Positions 1 to 13,842 of a stretch of DNA of 64,000 nt are shown piece by piece (position 1 is the first letter of the stretch; every line of letters begins with the position of its first letter). The position numbers and the translations under genes are program-made. The notes beneath the pieces are model-generated. The model saw nothing but the letters and a program-made list of their open reading frames with translations. It did not search any database and was not told the origin of the DNA. The stretch is from Eledone cirrhosa (Eukaryota): positions 11,036,001 to 11,100,000 of the forward strand of contig OZ024763.1 of assembly GCA_964016885.1 (NCBI GenBank), written 5' to 3'.

Positions 1-58
1 ATATGTATAATGAAATAAATATGGTTTTATAAATATAGTTTCCATTTGTTTAATATCG

Positions 59-94
<36 letters not shown>

Positions 95-277
95 GTGTAT
101 TATATATATAGGCGGTGTATGTGTATAGATGTGTGGTGTATATTATATATATAGGTGGTGTGTGTGTATATATATATATGTGTGGTGTATTATATATATA
201 GGCGGTGTGTGTGTATATATATATGTGGTGTATTATATATATAGGCGGTGTGTATATATATATGTGTGTGTGTGATG

Positions 278-312
<35 letters not shown>

Positions 313-359
313 CGGTGTTTGTGTGTATATATGTGTGTGGTGTATTATATATATAGGTG

Positions 360-402
<43 letters not shown>

Positions 403-682
403 CGGTATATATATGTATATGGTGTATTATATATATATAGGCAGTGTGTATGTGTGTGGTGTATTATATATATATATATATATAGGTGGTGTGTATAGAT
501 GTGTGGTGTATATAATATAGACATATCAGTGCAGTGAGATGTACGTAAATAAATATGTGTGAGTATATAAGTATCTGATGTGTTGTACGCTTTATAAACA
601 TGTATACACATACGTGTGTGTAAATATGTACACCCTTGGTATATGCTATACATACATAAACACACACACATATATATGTATG

Positions 683-713
<31 letters not shown>

Positions 714-823
714 AGATAATATATCTGTTACATAAATATATTAATAAATAAAAATAAATATAAATGTATATGATTTATATAGAAATGGCTTCTACGGGAC
801 TAGAACTGTTTCATTCGAAGGAA

Positions 824-881
<58 letters not shown>

Positions 882-1492
882 TGCTTCCCTACATGTTTGT
901 TTTACCTAGTGAACAATATGTATATATATACACACAAACACATATATATGTGTGTGTGTATGTATGTATGTATGTGTGTGTATGTATGTGGTGTGTGTGT
1001 ATGTATGTATGTATGTATGTGTGTGTATGTATGTGGTGTGTGTGTATGTATGTGTGTACGGCTATATCTGCACTTACATATATATATAAATGTGTGCCTG
1101 ACTACGTCCGTCTGTATCTGTCGGTCAGTATACATGCATGTGTATATATGTGTGTATATGTGTGTGTGTATGTATGTATGTGTGAGTGAGTGTGGCTATA
1201 TCTGTGGTATAGCTGCACTTATACATATATATAAAGGTGTGTAGTGTGTGTGTGCCTGACTACGTCTGTCTGTATCTGTCGGTCAGTAGTATACATGCAT
1301 GTGTATAATATATGTATGTGTGTGTGTATATATACATATATATATAAATACATGTGTGTTGTGTGTGTTTTCTGTGCTATGCTATGCTATGCTATGGTGT
1401 AGTGTAGTGTGGTGTGGTGTGGTGGTGAATGGATGCTAAAAGAAAAATGAAGAACAGTAAGAAAGAAGAAGAACAAGTTTGCAGCATCTTAC
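1..1492 (-). other. Start of intron 1 of the GRK2-like gene (microsatellite-rich)
   Basis: Lies downstream of the GTAAGA donor on the minus strand; no further GRK exon recognised in the window. Confidence 0.8.
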
Positions 1493-1605
1493 CTTGGGTC
1501 AGGCAGAACAATTTTCTTGCTAGCTCTGGCGGCCGGAGAAGATTTACTCTTCTCCATAGCCATAAGATAGCTGACATCGGCGAGAACTGCTTCCAAATCC
1601 GCCAT
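1493..1605 (-). CDS. GRK2: First coding exon of a GRK2/beta-ARK-type G protein-coupled receptor kinase (invertebrate Gprk1-like); the gene continues leftward beyond the window
   Basis: Minus strand reads ATG GCG GAT TTG GAA GCA... = [37 protein letters not shown]+AG, followed by the canonical donor GTAAGA at 1492. This is near-identical to the GRK2/3 N-terminus ([38 protein letters not shown]). 113 nt, phase-2 intron. Not in the ORF track. Confidence 0.94.
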
Positions 1606-2929
1606 CTTGCTTTAATACAAAAACGGATTTCGTTATTTCTGCTACAACAACAAATCCTGGCAGATTAGAAACACTCAGCTCTCTCTATATAGCTTTCTCC
1701 TGTGTGTATATTGTGTATATAGAAAGATAGATACAGCTATATATAGATATATATATATCCAAATCACTCGCTATACCCTCTCTGGATATTTATATATATA
1801 TATCTATGTAAATGTATGTGTATATATATATGTGTGAATATATATATGTGTGTGTGTAGATCAAAATGTATGTATGTATGTATGTATGTATGTATGATGT
1901 ATGTGTATGTATGTTTATATTTTCTGTTCGTTATATTATTTTTATTTTTTTTTTTTACGTGTGTGTATGCATATGTATATATTCAAGTATATACATATAT
2001 GTGTTTGTTAATGTGTATATATATATGCTTGTCATCAATTATAAATATACACACATGTATATATAAATATGTATGTATTATGTGTGTGTCTATCTATCGA
2101 TATATATAATATACATGTGTATGTCAATATATATGTGTGTGTGTGGGTGTGTGTGTGTGTATTAATATATGTGTTAATGTATTGATATGTATATATCAAT
2201 ATGTGTATATATTTTTTCTTTTCCTTTGCTTGTTATATATTAATATAATATGACAATTATATTAATATTGAAATAATATTAATATTTTCTCGGTTTCATT
2301 TTAACTTTAAAATATGTAAATAAAATAATAAAGTTTTGTAAAAAAATGAAAAAGATCTGTTGATATTCCGTTTGACTATGCAAATATATACATATATAGT
2401 ATATATGTATATATATTTATATATACATATATAGTATATATATAATATATATTTATATATACATGGATTTATGTCTTGTCATTCCACTTTCCTTTTCAAT
2501 AGGTTTTGCATGCATACACGATCGCAGCAATTAATTTTCCTCGTTGTATATAGACACCTTGTCGTGAGTGTATAAATAAATATGTGTATATATATACATA
2601 TACAATAATATAAATTTATATTACATATATTTATATTTGTATAAATATATTACATATATATATATATATATGTATGTATGTATGTATGTATGACTGCTTT
2701 TTTCCTTCTTTTTTATGTGTATATAGGCATGTCTATGCGACAATGCACTCTCTTTCTATATATCATATATGTATATGTGTATATATATATATATGGGCTG
2801 TTTTTTGTTGTTTTAACGCCCTTGTTTGTGTGTGTGTGTATGTGTGTGTGTATGTGTGTGTACGTATATGTGTGTGTATATATATTATTTACAGTGTGGT
2901 GGTGTGGTGTGTAATTTTGTTGTTTTTGT

Positions 2930-3105
2930 GGGGTCGTCCGCTCACTCACTCGCTCACTCGGACCTACGGAGTGAGCGTGTGTCTACGTGAGTGAGAACTC
3001 TGATGTGGTTTTGTCTTGGTTAGCGACGACCATCAACGAAACCCCACCAAAAAAGCGCGATTATCTTTATCCCCCACCGGCTACGACGACGACACATTCG
3101 CTCTT
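2930..3105 (-). promoter_or_regulatory. Possible promoter/5' leader of the GRK2-like gene
   Basis: Non-repetitive, locally CpG-rich patch ~1.3-1.5 kb upstream of the ATG in an otherwise microsatellite context. Position-based inference only. Confidence 0.25.
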
Positions 3106-3179
3106 CCTCCTTCTCATACTCACACTCTCACTCTCACTCTTATTATCGGTGCTATACTCTGTTTGTCTTTTACTGCATG

Positions 3180-3900
3180 TCTCTCTTACTCTGTCTCTTC
3201 CTCATTTATACTCTTTCTCTCCCTCTCAGTCTGTATTTCTTACTCTGTCTCTTCCTCATATATATACTCTTACCCTTTCTCTCCCTCTCACTTTGTGTCT
3301 TTTACTCTGTCACTTCCTCATATATACTCTTACCCTTTCTCTCACTTTGTGTCTTTTACTCTGTCACTTCCTCATTTATACTCTTACCCTTTCTCTCAGT
3401 TTGTGTCTCTTACTCTGTCTATTCCTTATTCATACTCTTACCCTTCTCTCCCCCCCAGTTTGTGTCTCTTACTCTATCTCTTCTCATTCTCTTTCAGTCT
3501 GTGTCTCTTACTCTGTTCTCTCCTCATTCATACTCTTACCATTTCTCTCTCCCTCTCATTTTATATCTCTTACTCTGTCTATTCCTCATTCATACTCTTA
3601 CCATTTCTCTCTCCCTCTCCTTTTATATCTCTTACTCTGTCTATTCCTCATTCATACTCTTACCATTTCTTTCTCCCTCTCATTTTATATCTCTTACTCT
3701 GTCAATTCCTCATTCATACTCTTACTGTGTCTCTCTTTTTCTCTCTCTGTCTTTTACTCTATCTCTTCCTTATTTCTACTTTACTCTATTCCCCTCTCTT
3801 TCTATTTGACTTTAACACTGTCTATTTCTCATCTTTACTCTCACTGTATCTCTCCCTCTCACTCTGAGTCTTTTAATCTATCTACTTCTTATTCATACCA
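3180..3900. repeat. Degenerate pyrimidine-rich minisatellite
   Basis: Recurring tctcttactctgtctattcctcattcatactcttaccatttctctc units of roughly 55-65 bp. Confidence 0.8.
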
Positions 3901-4139
3901 TTACAATCTCACTCTCTCTCTCTATCAGTCACTCTCACTCTCTCTCTTCCTCATTCAATGGTTCTACCATTACAACCTCAACACTTTCTTTTTTTTTCGT
4001 ACACTCAACTCTCTTTCTCTGTCTCTCTCTTTCTCCTCTTTTATTTTCACTCTTTCCTCACACACGTGCCTCTTTCTCTCTTCCTCTATCCTCTTATGTT
4101 CTCTTTCTTTTACACACACACCATTTTTCATTTACGCCA

Positions 4140-4219
<80 letters not shown>

Positions 4220-5172
4220 CTATCGTTCTTCTCTCTTAACTTATTTATCTGTATCCCCTTCTCTCCATTTCTCTTTTTTGAATTCATTCTATTTTAATCT
4301 CTCCCCAAAAAATGTCTCATTCTTCCAAAACCTTTTTTTCCCTCTGCTTCATCCTACTTCTCTCTCTCTGTCTTTCTCACTCACACACACACTCTCTCTC
4401 ACTCATACCGACGCACACACACTCTCTCTCACACTCAAACCGACGCACACACATACACACACTCTCTCTCTCTCTCACTCATACGGACGCACACACATAC
4501 ACACACTCATACAGACGCACACACACACTCTCTCTTTCTCTCACTCATAATCATACACACGCACAACTCTCTCTCATACAGACACACACACACACTCTCA
4601 CTCACTCTCTTCCCCTCACTCATACAGGCACACACACACTCTCTCTCTCTTTTAATTTTATTGTCTCTTATTTTCTCTGCTATCTGTCTGTATATCTCTA
4701 TTTTCCCATTCTCTATTCCTCTGTCTGTCTATTTCCTCCTTCTCACACTGTTGGATTATAGTATTTCATTCCTCTATCCCATTATTCCACCACTATTCGT
4801 TCAATCCATTATTCCAATATTCCAATATTCCATTATTCCATCTATTCCTTCTAGTTTCTATAAAACTACTGCAATAATGTCTTTCTTGCGACTTAACATT
4901 TAAATCGTTCACTGCTGCTGATGTTGCTGCTGCTGCAACTATTGTTACTACTGCTGTTACTGTAGATGCTGCTGCGGTTGTTGTTGTGCTGCTGTTACTG
5001 TAGTTGCTGCTGTTGTTGCTGTGCTGCTGTTACTGTAGTTGTTGCTGTTTTGTTGTTGTTGTTGTTGTTGTGCTGCTGTTACTGTGGTTGTTGTTGTTGC
5101 TGTGCCACTGTTACTGTTGTTGTTACTGCTGCTGCTGCTGTTGTTGTTATGTCACTGTTACTGCTGTTGATA

Positions 5173-6590
5173 TTGTACCATTGTCTTGTACCACTGTCTT
5201 GTCCCGCTGTCTTGTACCAATGTCTTGTGTCACTGTCTTGTACCATTCTCCTGTACCGCTGGCTAGTACCACTGTCTTGTACTACTACTTGTACCACTGT
5301 CTTGTACCGCTGTCTTGTACCATTCTCTTGTACCACAGTCATCTACCAAGGTCTTGTACCACTGTGTTGTGTCACTGTCTTGTACCACTGTCTTGTACGA
5401 TTCTCCTGTACCGCTGTCTTGTACCACTGTCTTCTACCACTGTCTTGTACCACTGTCTTCTACCACTGTCATTTACCAATGTCTTGTACCACTGTCTTCT
5501 ACCACTGTCATTTACCAATGTCTTGTACCACTGTCTTCTACCACTGTCTTGTACCACTGTCATTTACCAATGTCTTGTACCACTGTCTTCTACCACTGTC
5601 TTGTACCATTGTCTTCTACCACTGTCTTGTACCACTGTCATTTACCAATGTCTTGTACCACTGTCTTCTACCACTGTCTTGTACCACTCTCTTCTACCAC
5701 TGTCTTGTACCACTGTCATTTACCAATGTCTTGTACCACTGTCTTCTACCAATGTCTTGTGTCACTGTCTTGTACCATTGTCTTGTACCACTATCTTGTA
5801 CCAATGTCTTGTACCACTGTCTTGCACCACTAACCTGTACCACTGTCATCTACCACTGTCTTGTATCACTGTCTTGTACCACTGTCTTGCACCACTGTCT
5901 TGTACCACTATCTTGTGCCAATGTCTTGTACCGCTGTCTTGTACCACTAACCTGTAACACTGTCATCTACCAACGTCCTGTACCACTGTCTTGTATCACC
6001 GTCTTGAACCACTGTCTTGTGCCACTGTATTGTACTACTGTGCTGTGTCACTGTCTTGTACCATTGTCTTGTACCACTGCTTTATGCCAATGTTTGTACT
6101 ACTATCTTGTGTCACTGTCTTGTACCATTGCTTTGTACCACTGTCTTGTACCATTCTCTTGTACGGCTGTCTTGTGCCACTGTCTTGTACCATTATCCTG
6201 TATCACAAGACTGACACAAAACAGTGGTACAAGACAATGATACAAGACAATGATACAAGACAGTGACACAAAACAGTGGTACAAGACAGTGGTACAAGAC
6301 AATGATACAAGACAGTGATACAAGACAGTGTTACAAGTTAGTGGTACAAGACAGTGGTACAAGACAGTGACACAAAACAGCGGTACAAGACATTGGTACA
6401 AGATAGTGTTACAAGACAGTGGTGCAAGATAGTGGTACAAGGCAGTGACACAAGACAGTGGTACAAGACAGTGACACAAGACATTGGTACAAGACAGTTG
6501 TACAATACGTTGGTGTCACTATCTTGTACCACTGTCTTGTACCACTGTCTTTACCACTGTCTTGTACCACTGTCTTGTGTCACTGTCACT
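5173..6590. repeat. 13-bp minisatellite (GTACCACTGTCTT)n with an internal inverted block
   Basis: Forward units to ~6200, reverse-complement units (ACAAGACAGTGGT) ~6204-6505, forward again ~6512-6590. Confidence 0.9.
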
Positions 6591-6610
6591 TCTACTACCA
6601 CTACTGCTTC

Positions 6611-6653
<43 letters not shown>

Positions 6654-7029
6654 CCCCTCTCTCTCTCTCTTCCCCCCTCTCTCTCATATCCGCTCTACCT
6701 TTGACCGTCACTATAATATTAATACTCACCTGCTTGTTATTGATTTCCTCCGTTTTTATCGATCTCCTGTTTAATACATGTTCTGTGTTTCTCCTGCTGA
6801 CTGTGGTGATGATGATGATGTTGTTGTTGCTGCTATTTATGATAATGATTACCATGATGATGATGATGATGGTATTCGTTATATACTTCTACTGCTACTA
6901 CTTCTACAGACGATGTTGAAACTAGAAAGTCAACATCAACTACCAAACGAAACTCCTCTGCATTCTGAACCCTAGGCTATCCCTAATATATTTACCAAGG
7001 TATTTAGTGGCTTATGCTAGCCTCCATAT

Positions 7030-8000
7030 ATACACCTGGCTATTTAGTGACCTAGGCTTGTTGTACAATATATACCTGGGTGTTTAGTGACCTAGGCTTG
7101 TTGTACAATATATACCTGGGTGTTTAGTGACCTAGGCTTGTTGTACAATATATACCTGGGTGTTTAGTGACCTAGGCTTGTTGTACAATATATACCTGGG
7201 TGTTTAGTGACCTAGGCTTGTACTATATATACCTGGGTGTTTAGTGACCTAGGCTTGTACAATATATACCAGTCTATTTAGTGACCTAGGCTTCTTGTAC
7301 AATATATACCTGGGTGTTTAGTGACCTAGGTTTGTTGTACAATATATACCAGTCTATTTAGTGACCTAGGCTTGTTGTACAATATATACCTGGGTGTTTA
7401 GTGACCTAGGCTTGTTGTACAATATACACCAGTCTATTTAGTGACCTACGCTTGTTGTACAATATATACCTGGGTGTTTAGTGACCTAGGCTTGTTGTAC
7501 AATATACACCAGTCTATTTAGTGACCTACGCTTGTTGTACAATATATACCTGGGTGTTTAGTGACCTAGGCTTGTTGTACAATATATACCAGTCTATTTA
7601 GTGACCTAGGCTTGTTGTACAATATATACCTGGGTGTTTAGTGACCTAGGCTTGTTGTACAATATACACCAGTCTATTTAGTGACCTACGCTTGTTGTAC
7701 AATATATACCTGGGTGTTTAGTGACCTAGGCTTGTACAATATATACCTGGGTGTTTAGTGACCTAGGCTTGTTGTACAATATATACCTGGGTGTTTAGTG
7801 ACCTAGGCTTGTACAATATATACCTGGGTGTTTAGTGACCTAGGCTAGCTCTGCAATATATACCTGGGTGTTTAGTGACATAGGCTAGCTCTACAATATA
7901 TACCTGGGTATTTAGTGACATAGGCCAGCTCTACAATATATACCTGGGTATTTAGTGACATAGGCCAGCTCTACAATATATACCTGGGTATTTAGTAACC
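7030..8000. repeat. 40-bp minisatellite
   Basis: Unit GTTTAGTGACCTAGGCTTGTTGTACAATATATACCTGGGT, with alternating CAGTCTAT variants and degenerate flanks out to ~8270. Confidence 0.92.
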
Positions 8001-8444
8001 TCGCTTTACACTGTGCAATGGGTTATTGAGTGCTCTCTACTAGTTCTGGTATTTAGGACCTTATGCTTGTCTCACAAAATATTCCTGGGTATTTAGTGGC
8101 ATAACCTAGCTTTACAGCATGCAATTGTCTATTGAGTGCTTTTAACTAGTTCTGCAATTTTTGTCTATATTTAGTGACCTAGTCTAGCTGTACAAAGTGT
8201 ACCTTGGTATTTAACACTCTAATCTAGACTTACAATGTATACCTAAATATTTACCACCATGGTTTAACTTTACAACATATGACTCCTTCCCCCAAAGGGC
8301 CCATTTCCCTAATAAAATAATTTCATCTAACAGTTTGATAAACTGATGAACATAATTTTTGACACTTTTACCTCTTACCACAATAAGAAAATTACTAAGC
8401 CTGCTTTTTCCACTCCACAGTCCACATACTCCCACATCAAATAT

Positions 8445-8633
8445 AATTGTTTCTACTTTTGGCACAAGGCCAGCAATTATCCCAGTGTATTACTGGTACT
8501 TTATTTTATCGACCCCATAAGGATGAAAGGCAAAGTTAACCTCGGCGGGATTTGAACTCAGACCATAAAGGGCCGTAACTCTTTGCTTGCAAAGCATGGC
8601 GTCCGACCCTCTACCGATAATGCCAATCCACCG
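8445..8633 (-). mobile_element. tRNA-derived SINE, family A
   Basis: Family consensus CGGTGGATTGGCAGTATCGGTAGAG (A box)...GAGTTCAAATCC (B box)...GCCTTTCATCCTTACGGGGTCGATAAAATAAAGTACC...GTAGAAACAATT; more than 12 copies in the window. Confidence 0.88.
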
Positions 8634-8711
8634 ACAGGTCACAACACCATACAACCCTCTCCACCGCTTTGAATATTTCCACAATATTGCTAGTCATTGT
8701 TCACAGGATAT

Positions 8712-9860
8712 CTTCTTCTTCTTCTTCTTCTTCTTCGCCCACTTATTCCTGCGACGGTCGTGGGGGCAGAGTCACCAAACACTCTGTCCAACGATTCTTT
8801 CATGAGACAATCTAACCACATGTCTGTAGTATCGAAGCTGTGATCTCTCAATTCGGAGAAGTAGCAGCTCTAGCTGGAGTGACTCTCTACCGCACTCTAT
8901 CGAGTAACGTTACTCCAAAGACCCTTCGGAGGAACCCCATTTCGGCCGCTTGTATTCGCAATCATAGTCTTTCCGTCATTACCCAAAATTCATGACCATA
9001 GGTAAGGGTTGGCACGAAAACCAAATTGAAGATAGTGAGTTTGGCTTTTACGCCTACCTCCCTTCTTCTGGTTACCAAATGCTGCAGCTGGTGCATTACT
9101 GCACCAGCTCCTGTAATTCTTGCACTTAATTCAGCCTCCTGCCTTCCATCACTCGTGAAGACGGCCCCGAGATACTTGAACTTCTCTACCTGCTTCAGTG
9201 AAACTCGATTCACATGTAGAATGCACTGCGTAAGATCCCTTGAGAAGAGAAGTGTCTCAGTTTTCACAGCACTGATTTTCATTCCAGCCATGAAACACTC
9301 GGCATCAAACCTATCTAGTGCAAGTCGAAGATCATCTTCTGTCGAGTTAAGTAACACCATGTCATCTGCAAATTCCAAACGACTGATTTTACACCCGCCA
9401 GAGTTAAGTGGATACCACCTCCAACCCAGCTGCGCATGTCAACCCTGTTCATGAAAATAACTGTTTCTACTTTAGGCACAAGGCCAGCAATTACCCAGCA
9501 CATTACTGGTACTTTATTTTATCGACCCCGTAAGGATGAAAGGCAAAGTTAACCTCGGCGGGATTTGAACTCAGATCATAAAGGGACGTAACTCTGTGCT
9601 AGAAAGCATGGCGTCCAACCCTCTACCGATACTGCCAATCCACCTGTTCATGAAATAATGAAGAGGAGAGGTGACAGTACGCAAAGTTGGCGGAGTCCGA
9701 CTCCCACATTGAATGGTCTCGATTTAGCACCATTTATCCGAACACAAATACTTTGTACAGAGATATCAGGGCAATAAGAAGCTGTCCATCGATCCCATAC
9801 TCCTGCACAATCTTCCACAGCAGATCCCGAAATGTGGTGGTCATCTGTAAAGCACGCTCT
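8712..9860 (-). mobile_element. RTE-clade LINE, 3' fragment (RT C-terminal half) with (GAA)n tail, interrupted by a SINE
   Basis: ORF 8962-9378: FADDMVLL...GMKISAVKTE...QVEKFKYLG...VPTLTYGHEFWVMTER; (TTC)n at 8712-8736. Confidence 0.88.
9457..9644 (-). mobile_element. SINE family A nested in the RTE
   Basis: Full copy flanked by direct repeat CCTGTTCATGAAA (TSD). Confidence 0.88.
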
Positions 9861-10139
9861 CCCACAGTTCGTCTCTTTGGCGGAGTTGCGGTCCTAGATC
9901 AAGTTTATAGCTAAATTAAGCATGAACTGGTAGAATGCCGTATGTTTCTGGCAGTATTCTAAATGACAGAGGCGTATCCTCTGTCTGCGCTTGACCCAGA
10001 ACTGCAGCTCTGTGGGAAAAAAAAACTTACCTAACGAAAGGCCCCCATGTTACATCATCATCGCAGGAGTTTAGGTATGTATGTAAGTGTGGCTGCCTCG
10101 GCGCCTGTCTGCGTTTTATCAGTGATATCATCTCGAGAT

Positions 10140-11080
10140 CTCCATGGAGTAGGTGTTGGCAGCAGATGGATATCCTGACCCAGAACTCACAGTACACCTG
10201 GCGGCCTTACACCACTGAGGTGTTTGCTACTTCAGTCCGACTTTCCAGAGATAGTTTTCTCTCACCACATTTCTCGATGGGACTGGCAACCCTGATCGCG
10301 ATCTCTTCCCGTTTCTTGTCCCACCAGACCGAAAGTCCTCTGGACCAGACTCAGTCTTTATTTGACCCAAGACAGCAGCTCAGTCAAAGAGATGATTTGC
10401 GGAAAGACGTGTCTTACAAAAGGCGATAATAATTGCTCACCGTTTAGAATATCTGCAAATGCCGTAGCCTCAGCACGTGTGTGCATCATCAGCCACGACA
10501 TTCCCAGCCCTCCGTGCAAAGGGCGTTGGCAACAGATGAACCGCCTGGCAAATGAAACCTGCTCCTTCCACAAGAAGTGACAGCAGACGCTCCAGTCTGG
10601 TTTGACACGAACTGGGCAAAATACGACGGCAAGGCGGAAATATATAACAGAGGTGACGTACGCGTTCATCATCTCACCAGACCTTTGAAAGTCATTTCTG
10701 TGTGAAAGTGACTACTCTACTCGTAACCTCGTTCCAGTGTTTATACATCTGATGGTCTGGAAGAAACTAGACCCCAAGCAACTTAACCACTCCGTCCGTC
10801 ATGCCTACCACAGCGCTGTTTAACAGCATTGACCTGCCTCTTCAGGTGCCGAGCTGCAAACCCACCGACTTGTCCGAGTTAATCTTTGCTCCTTTAAACA
10901 GCTCCAACTTCCGTAGAAGTGGCTCGAGAGTCAGTGAAAAGGCTCGATAGGTGGCGCCACTATTTTGTCACCGAGCAGATGCCACTGTTCATTGAAGAGA
11001 TCCCGCCCCTGAAGACGGGACCGAAACCAACCCGCCTTAAGTCAGGTTTAGTTCCTATCATCTCTATGATTTATTGCACG
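10140..11080 (-). mobile_element. Degenerate L1/Tx1-type LINE ORF2 fragment
   Basis: ORF 10358-10672 contains FLWKEQVSFARRFICCQRPLHGGLGM, the F(L/I)W...P..GGLG motif that follows RT in L1/Tx1 elements. Confidence 0.6.
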
Positions 11081-11689
11081 AGGTGGAGGTTGTCGTGTAT
11101 TGACCGAGTCGGGATTGCGGACGTCCCTACCTTCCCGGCCACACATTCGGCAATAGGTATCAACCTCTTTGGTCAAAATCTTAAACTTTCTGTTGAGCAG
11201 AGTTTTGAGCCGGAAAATCTCGATTACGACCCCCCCCCCCCTTGTTCGCATTTTTGTTTATTAATGTTACTACTGTTCTGTTGCCAGTTGCAGTAGACAG
11301 CATCAAAGACATCGGTGAACAAGTTTGCCATATCTACATAAGACACGTAGAGTAGACCATTGAAAGCGAGCAATCTGCACCTCGTACAGCTGCCTGTATC
11401 TTGGCTACTGTCATCGGCTTTTCGCAGCACCCCGCGTAAGCTGCTGTGCGTCGCGACAGGCAGTCGAGGTAGGAACTATAGTCCACTTCCGTTTCCACCC
11501 ACCCCCCATTTGGCCCGAACAGTTGTCCAAAGTTCCACAGGAAAACAGCACACATTTACTTCGAATCGAGCAGCACACGCCCATCTTGGTTCGTTAAAGA
11601 CCGAATTGGGACTTTATTTCCACGCTGGACCTCTGCCACTCGGGCCCATCGGACAGCCTTCGTTCCTTCATGTTTTAGAGTAGGTTAGG

Positions 11690-11930
11690 TACCTTAGCTC
11701 GGTTGGGTGCTTCACGAGTTTTAGGGAGTCACACAGACAGACAGACATTCTCTGTTTTAGATATATATATGTATATATAATTATATATTCGTGTACAGAT
11801 ATTTTTGTATACACAATAACAAAATATAAACAAACGTATTTATTTCACGAGGCTCGATAAGGATAAATATATATCAAATATATAAGAACCCTAGAGCAAA
11901 TCCCGAGCAACGCCGGGCCATTCTGCTAGT
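11690..11930 (+). mobile_element. Non-autonomous Helitron 3' terminus
   Basis: (ACAG)n tract, then hairpin CCCGAGCAACGCCGGG (11902-11917) and CTAG|T at 11926-11930; a related subterminal sequence recurs at ~31308-31351. Confidence 0.6.
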
Positions 11931-12000
11931 AATAAATAATATAATATATACTATGTATAAATAAATATTACATATTTTTGATTTTACTATATTTATATAT

Positions 12001-12214
12001 GAAGGCGTGTGGCTGATTGATTAGAGAACTGGATTCGCAATCGTGAGGTTGTCAGTTCGATTCCTAGACCGGACGATGCGTTATGTCTTTGAGCAAGACA
12101 CTTTATTTCACGTTGCTCCTTCTATCTGGAATTGCGACCGATAGATAGTATTAGCAATTGGAAAGACCAACGGAAACATTGTTTCCTCGGTCCGATTTGA
12201 CGAAAGTCGATCGA
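12001..12214 (+). mobile_element. tRNA-derived CORE-like SINE, family B
   Basis: GAAGGCGTGTGGCT...GTTCGATTCC head, then GTCTTTGAGCAAGACACTTTATTTCACGTTGCTCC core; tail ends GAAAGTCGATCGA. Confidence 0.8.
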
Positions 12215-12359
12215 CAAATTTATATATTTATATATATGTATCATTTGATATCTAGTATACTAATATATCATCTCTACCGCCACCCCACCGTCTCCTTAGA
12301 CCCCAGTGACCCCTGGACCTTCTCAAACCCCACTTTGAGAACCTCTGGTCCAAACCTTT

Positions 12360-12555
12360 TCAGAACAGCACTGCCGCCCATCCTCTCATTTCAGGCCGAC
12401 TAAAATGGGTGCTTGTGCACGTGTGTAGGAAATCCTTGTCTCTCTGACGACTGTCACGTCTATATCAAGTGAGCCGTCGTCGTTGAATAAGAGACCTTGT
12501 TTCCGGTATGACCCCAGGTCACGTGCATTTATAGATCCTACTCTTAAAACTGCCG
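12360..12555 (-). mobile_element. APE-endonuclease N-terminal fragment of an L1/Tx1-type LINE
   Basis: LRVGSINARDLGS...LDIDVTVVRETR matches the SxNxRGL...DVxxxQET pattern. Confidence 0.55.
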
Positions 12556-12866
12556 TGTTGGCCAGAAAGAGTGATAACAATAATCGTTTGTTAATGACAG
12601 AGTGGGACATTGAATCCTATCATATCATATCCTCTCAGCCTATTTATAGATGTATATTATATATTTTGGCTTGACGGATTATATATGTAAATCTTGGGTG
12701 TTGCCGAAGCGGATGATAATGGAGTTACTTTCCCTTTACAACGGTTGTATGGAGGTATATATATATATGGAGCATATATGTATGTGCATGTTTCTCTGTG
12801 TATCTATGTGTATTTGTGTTTGTTTCAAAGAAAAAAAAAGAGAGAGTGTATGTATGAATGTGTGCA

Positions 12867-13000
<134 letters not shown>

Positions 13001-13042
13001 TTCAAAATATTAACAAAAATAGACATTCGTGTGATCAAGTAT

Positions 13043-13107
13043 ATTTTATTATACATATTTCAGAGGTACTGAGCTATCTTCAACAGTACGTCCTCATCAG
13101 ATAAAAT
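13043..13107 (-). ncRNA. Minimal type I hammerhead ribozyme in a PLE-like terminal repeat
   Basis: ATTTTAT-CTGATGA-GGACGTACTG..CAGTACCTCT-GAAA-TATGTA-TA/ATAAAAT: stem I, both core boxes and the UH site are present. Confidence 0.8.
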
Positions 13108-13183
13108 AAGATGATGCATGACATACCCTGACTTAGTAGATTCAGTCATTCTTTGATTTATTCATTGAACCTTGTTTAACCTT

Positions 13184-13257
<74 letters not shown>

Positions 13258-13842
13258 ATTTATATTTGTATTAATCTCCAGAGTCTAGCTGTTGACTAGT
13301 TAATTTTCTTGATTTTTTTTTTAGTTGATTCTATTGACTGATGAATAGCTTATGTTAACTTTAACCATTCTGTCGAGAGCTTTATTCGATTTGTGATATT
13401 TTGCATTCTTGCAATATTATACACAACTGAATTCATTCACCTAAAATAAGTGTTGCCTCCCTTGCTGAACTCCACGTGGAGTCAGTAATAGTCACACTTT
13501 GGATTAGCAATTGAGCAAAAAAAGGTTAGGCTTCTGGTAAGAAGCCTAACATTTTTTTATGTAAGCGGACAGTACTTGATTTAGGAGTCGCAGAAACCCA
13601 AATACTGGATTTTACCAACCTTCCAGGGTTCCGGGTAAATTTTCAATCACATATATTTTTATTGTTTGACCCGAATTACTTGGTCGTTTCTTTGGCTGTG
13701 CGGATGTTTTGTTTAACCATCATCTCAGTGTGTTTGGCCTTTAACGTATGTTGTAGCTCTGGTTCACTCTGAATCATCGAGGGCTTGTCACATATCTCGG
13801 AAGTTGTTTTTCGTTAATTCCTAACCCAAAATACGATTCTCG

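Noticed and set aside
1429-1668. Track ORFs 1429-1668(+) and 1392-1577(-)
   Set aside because: Antisense or wrong-frame shadows of the GRK2 exon.
2987-6919. Long ORFs (436, 424, 317 aa)
   Set aside because: Translations of stop-poor minisatellites, open in several frames and on both strands.
12001-12075. tRNA genes at A/B-box motifs
   Set aside because: These are SINE heads followed by SINE body sequence; no complete cloverleaf.
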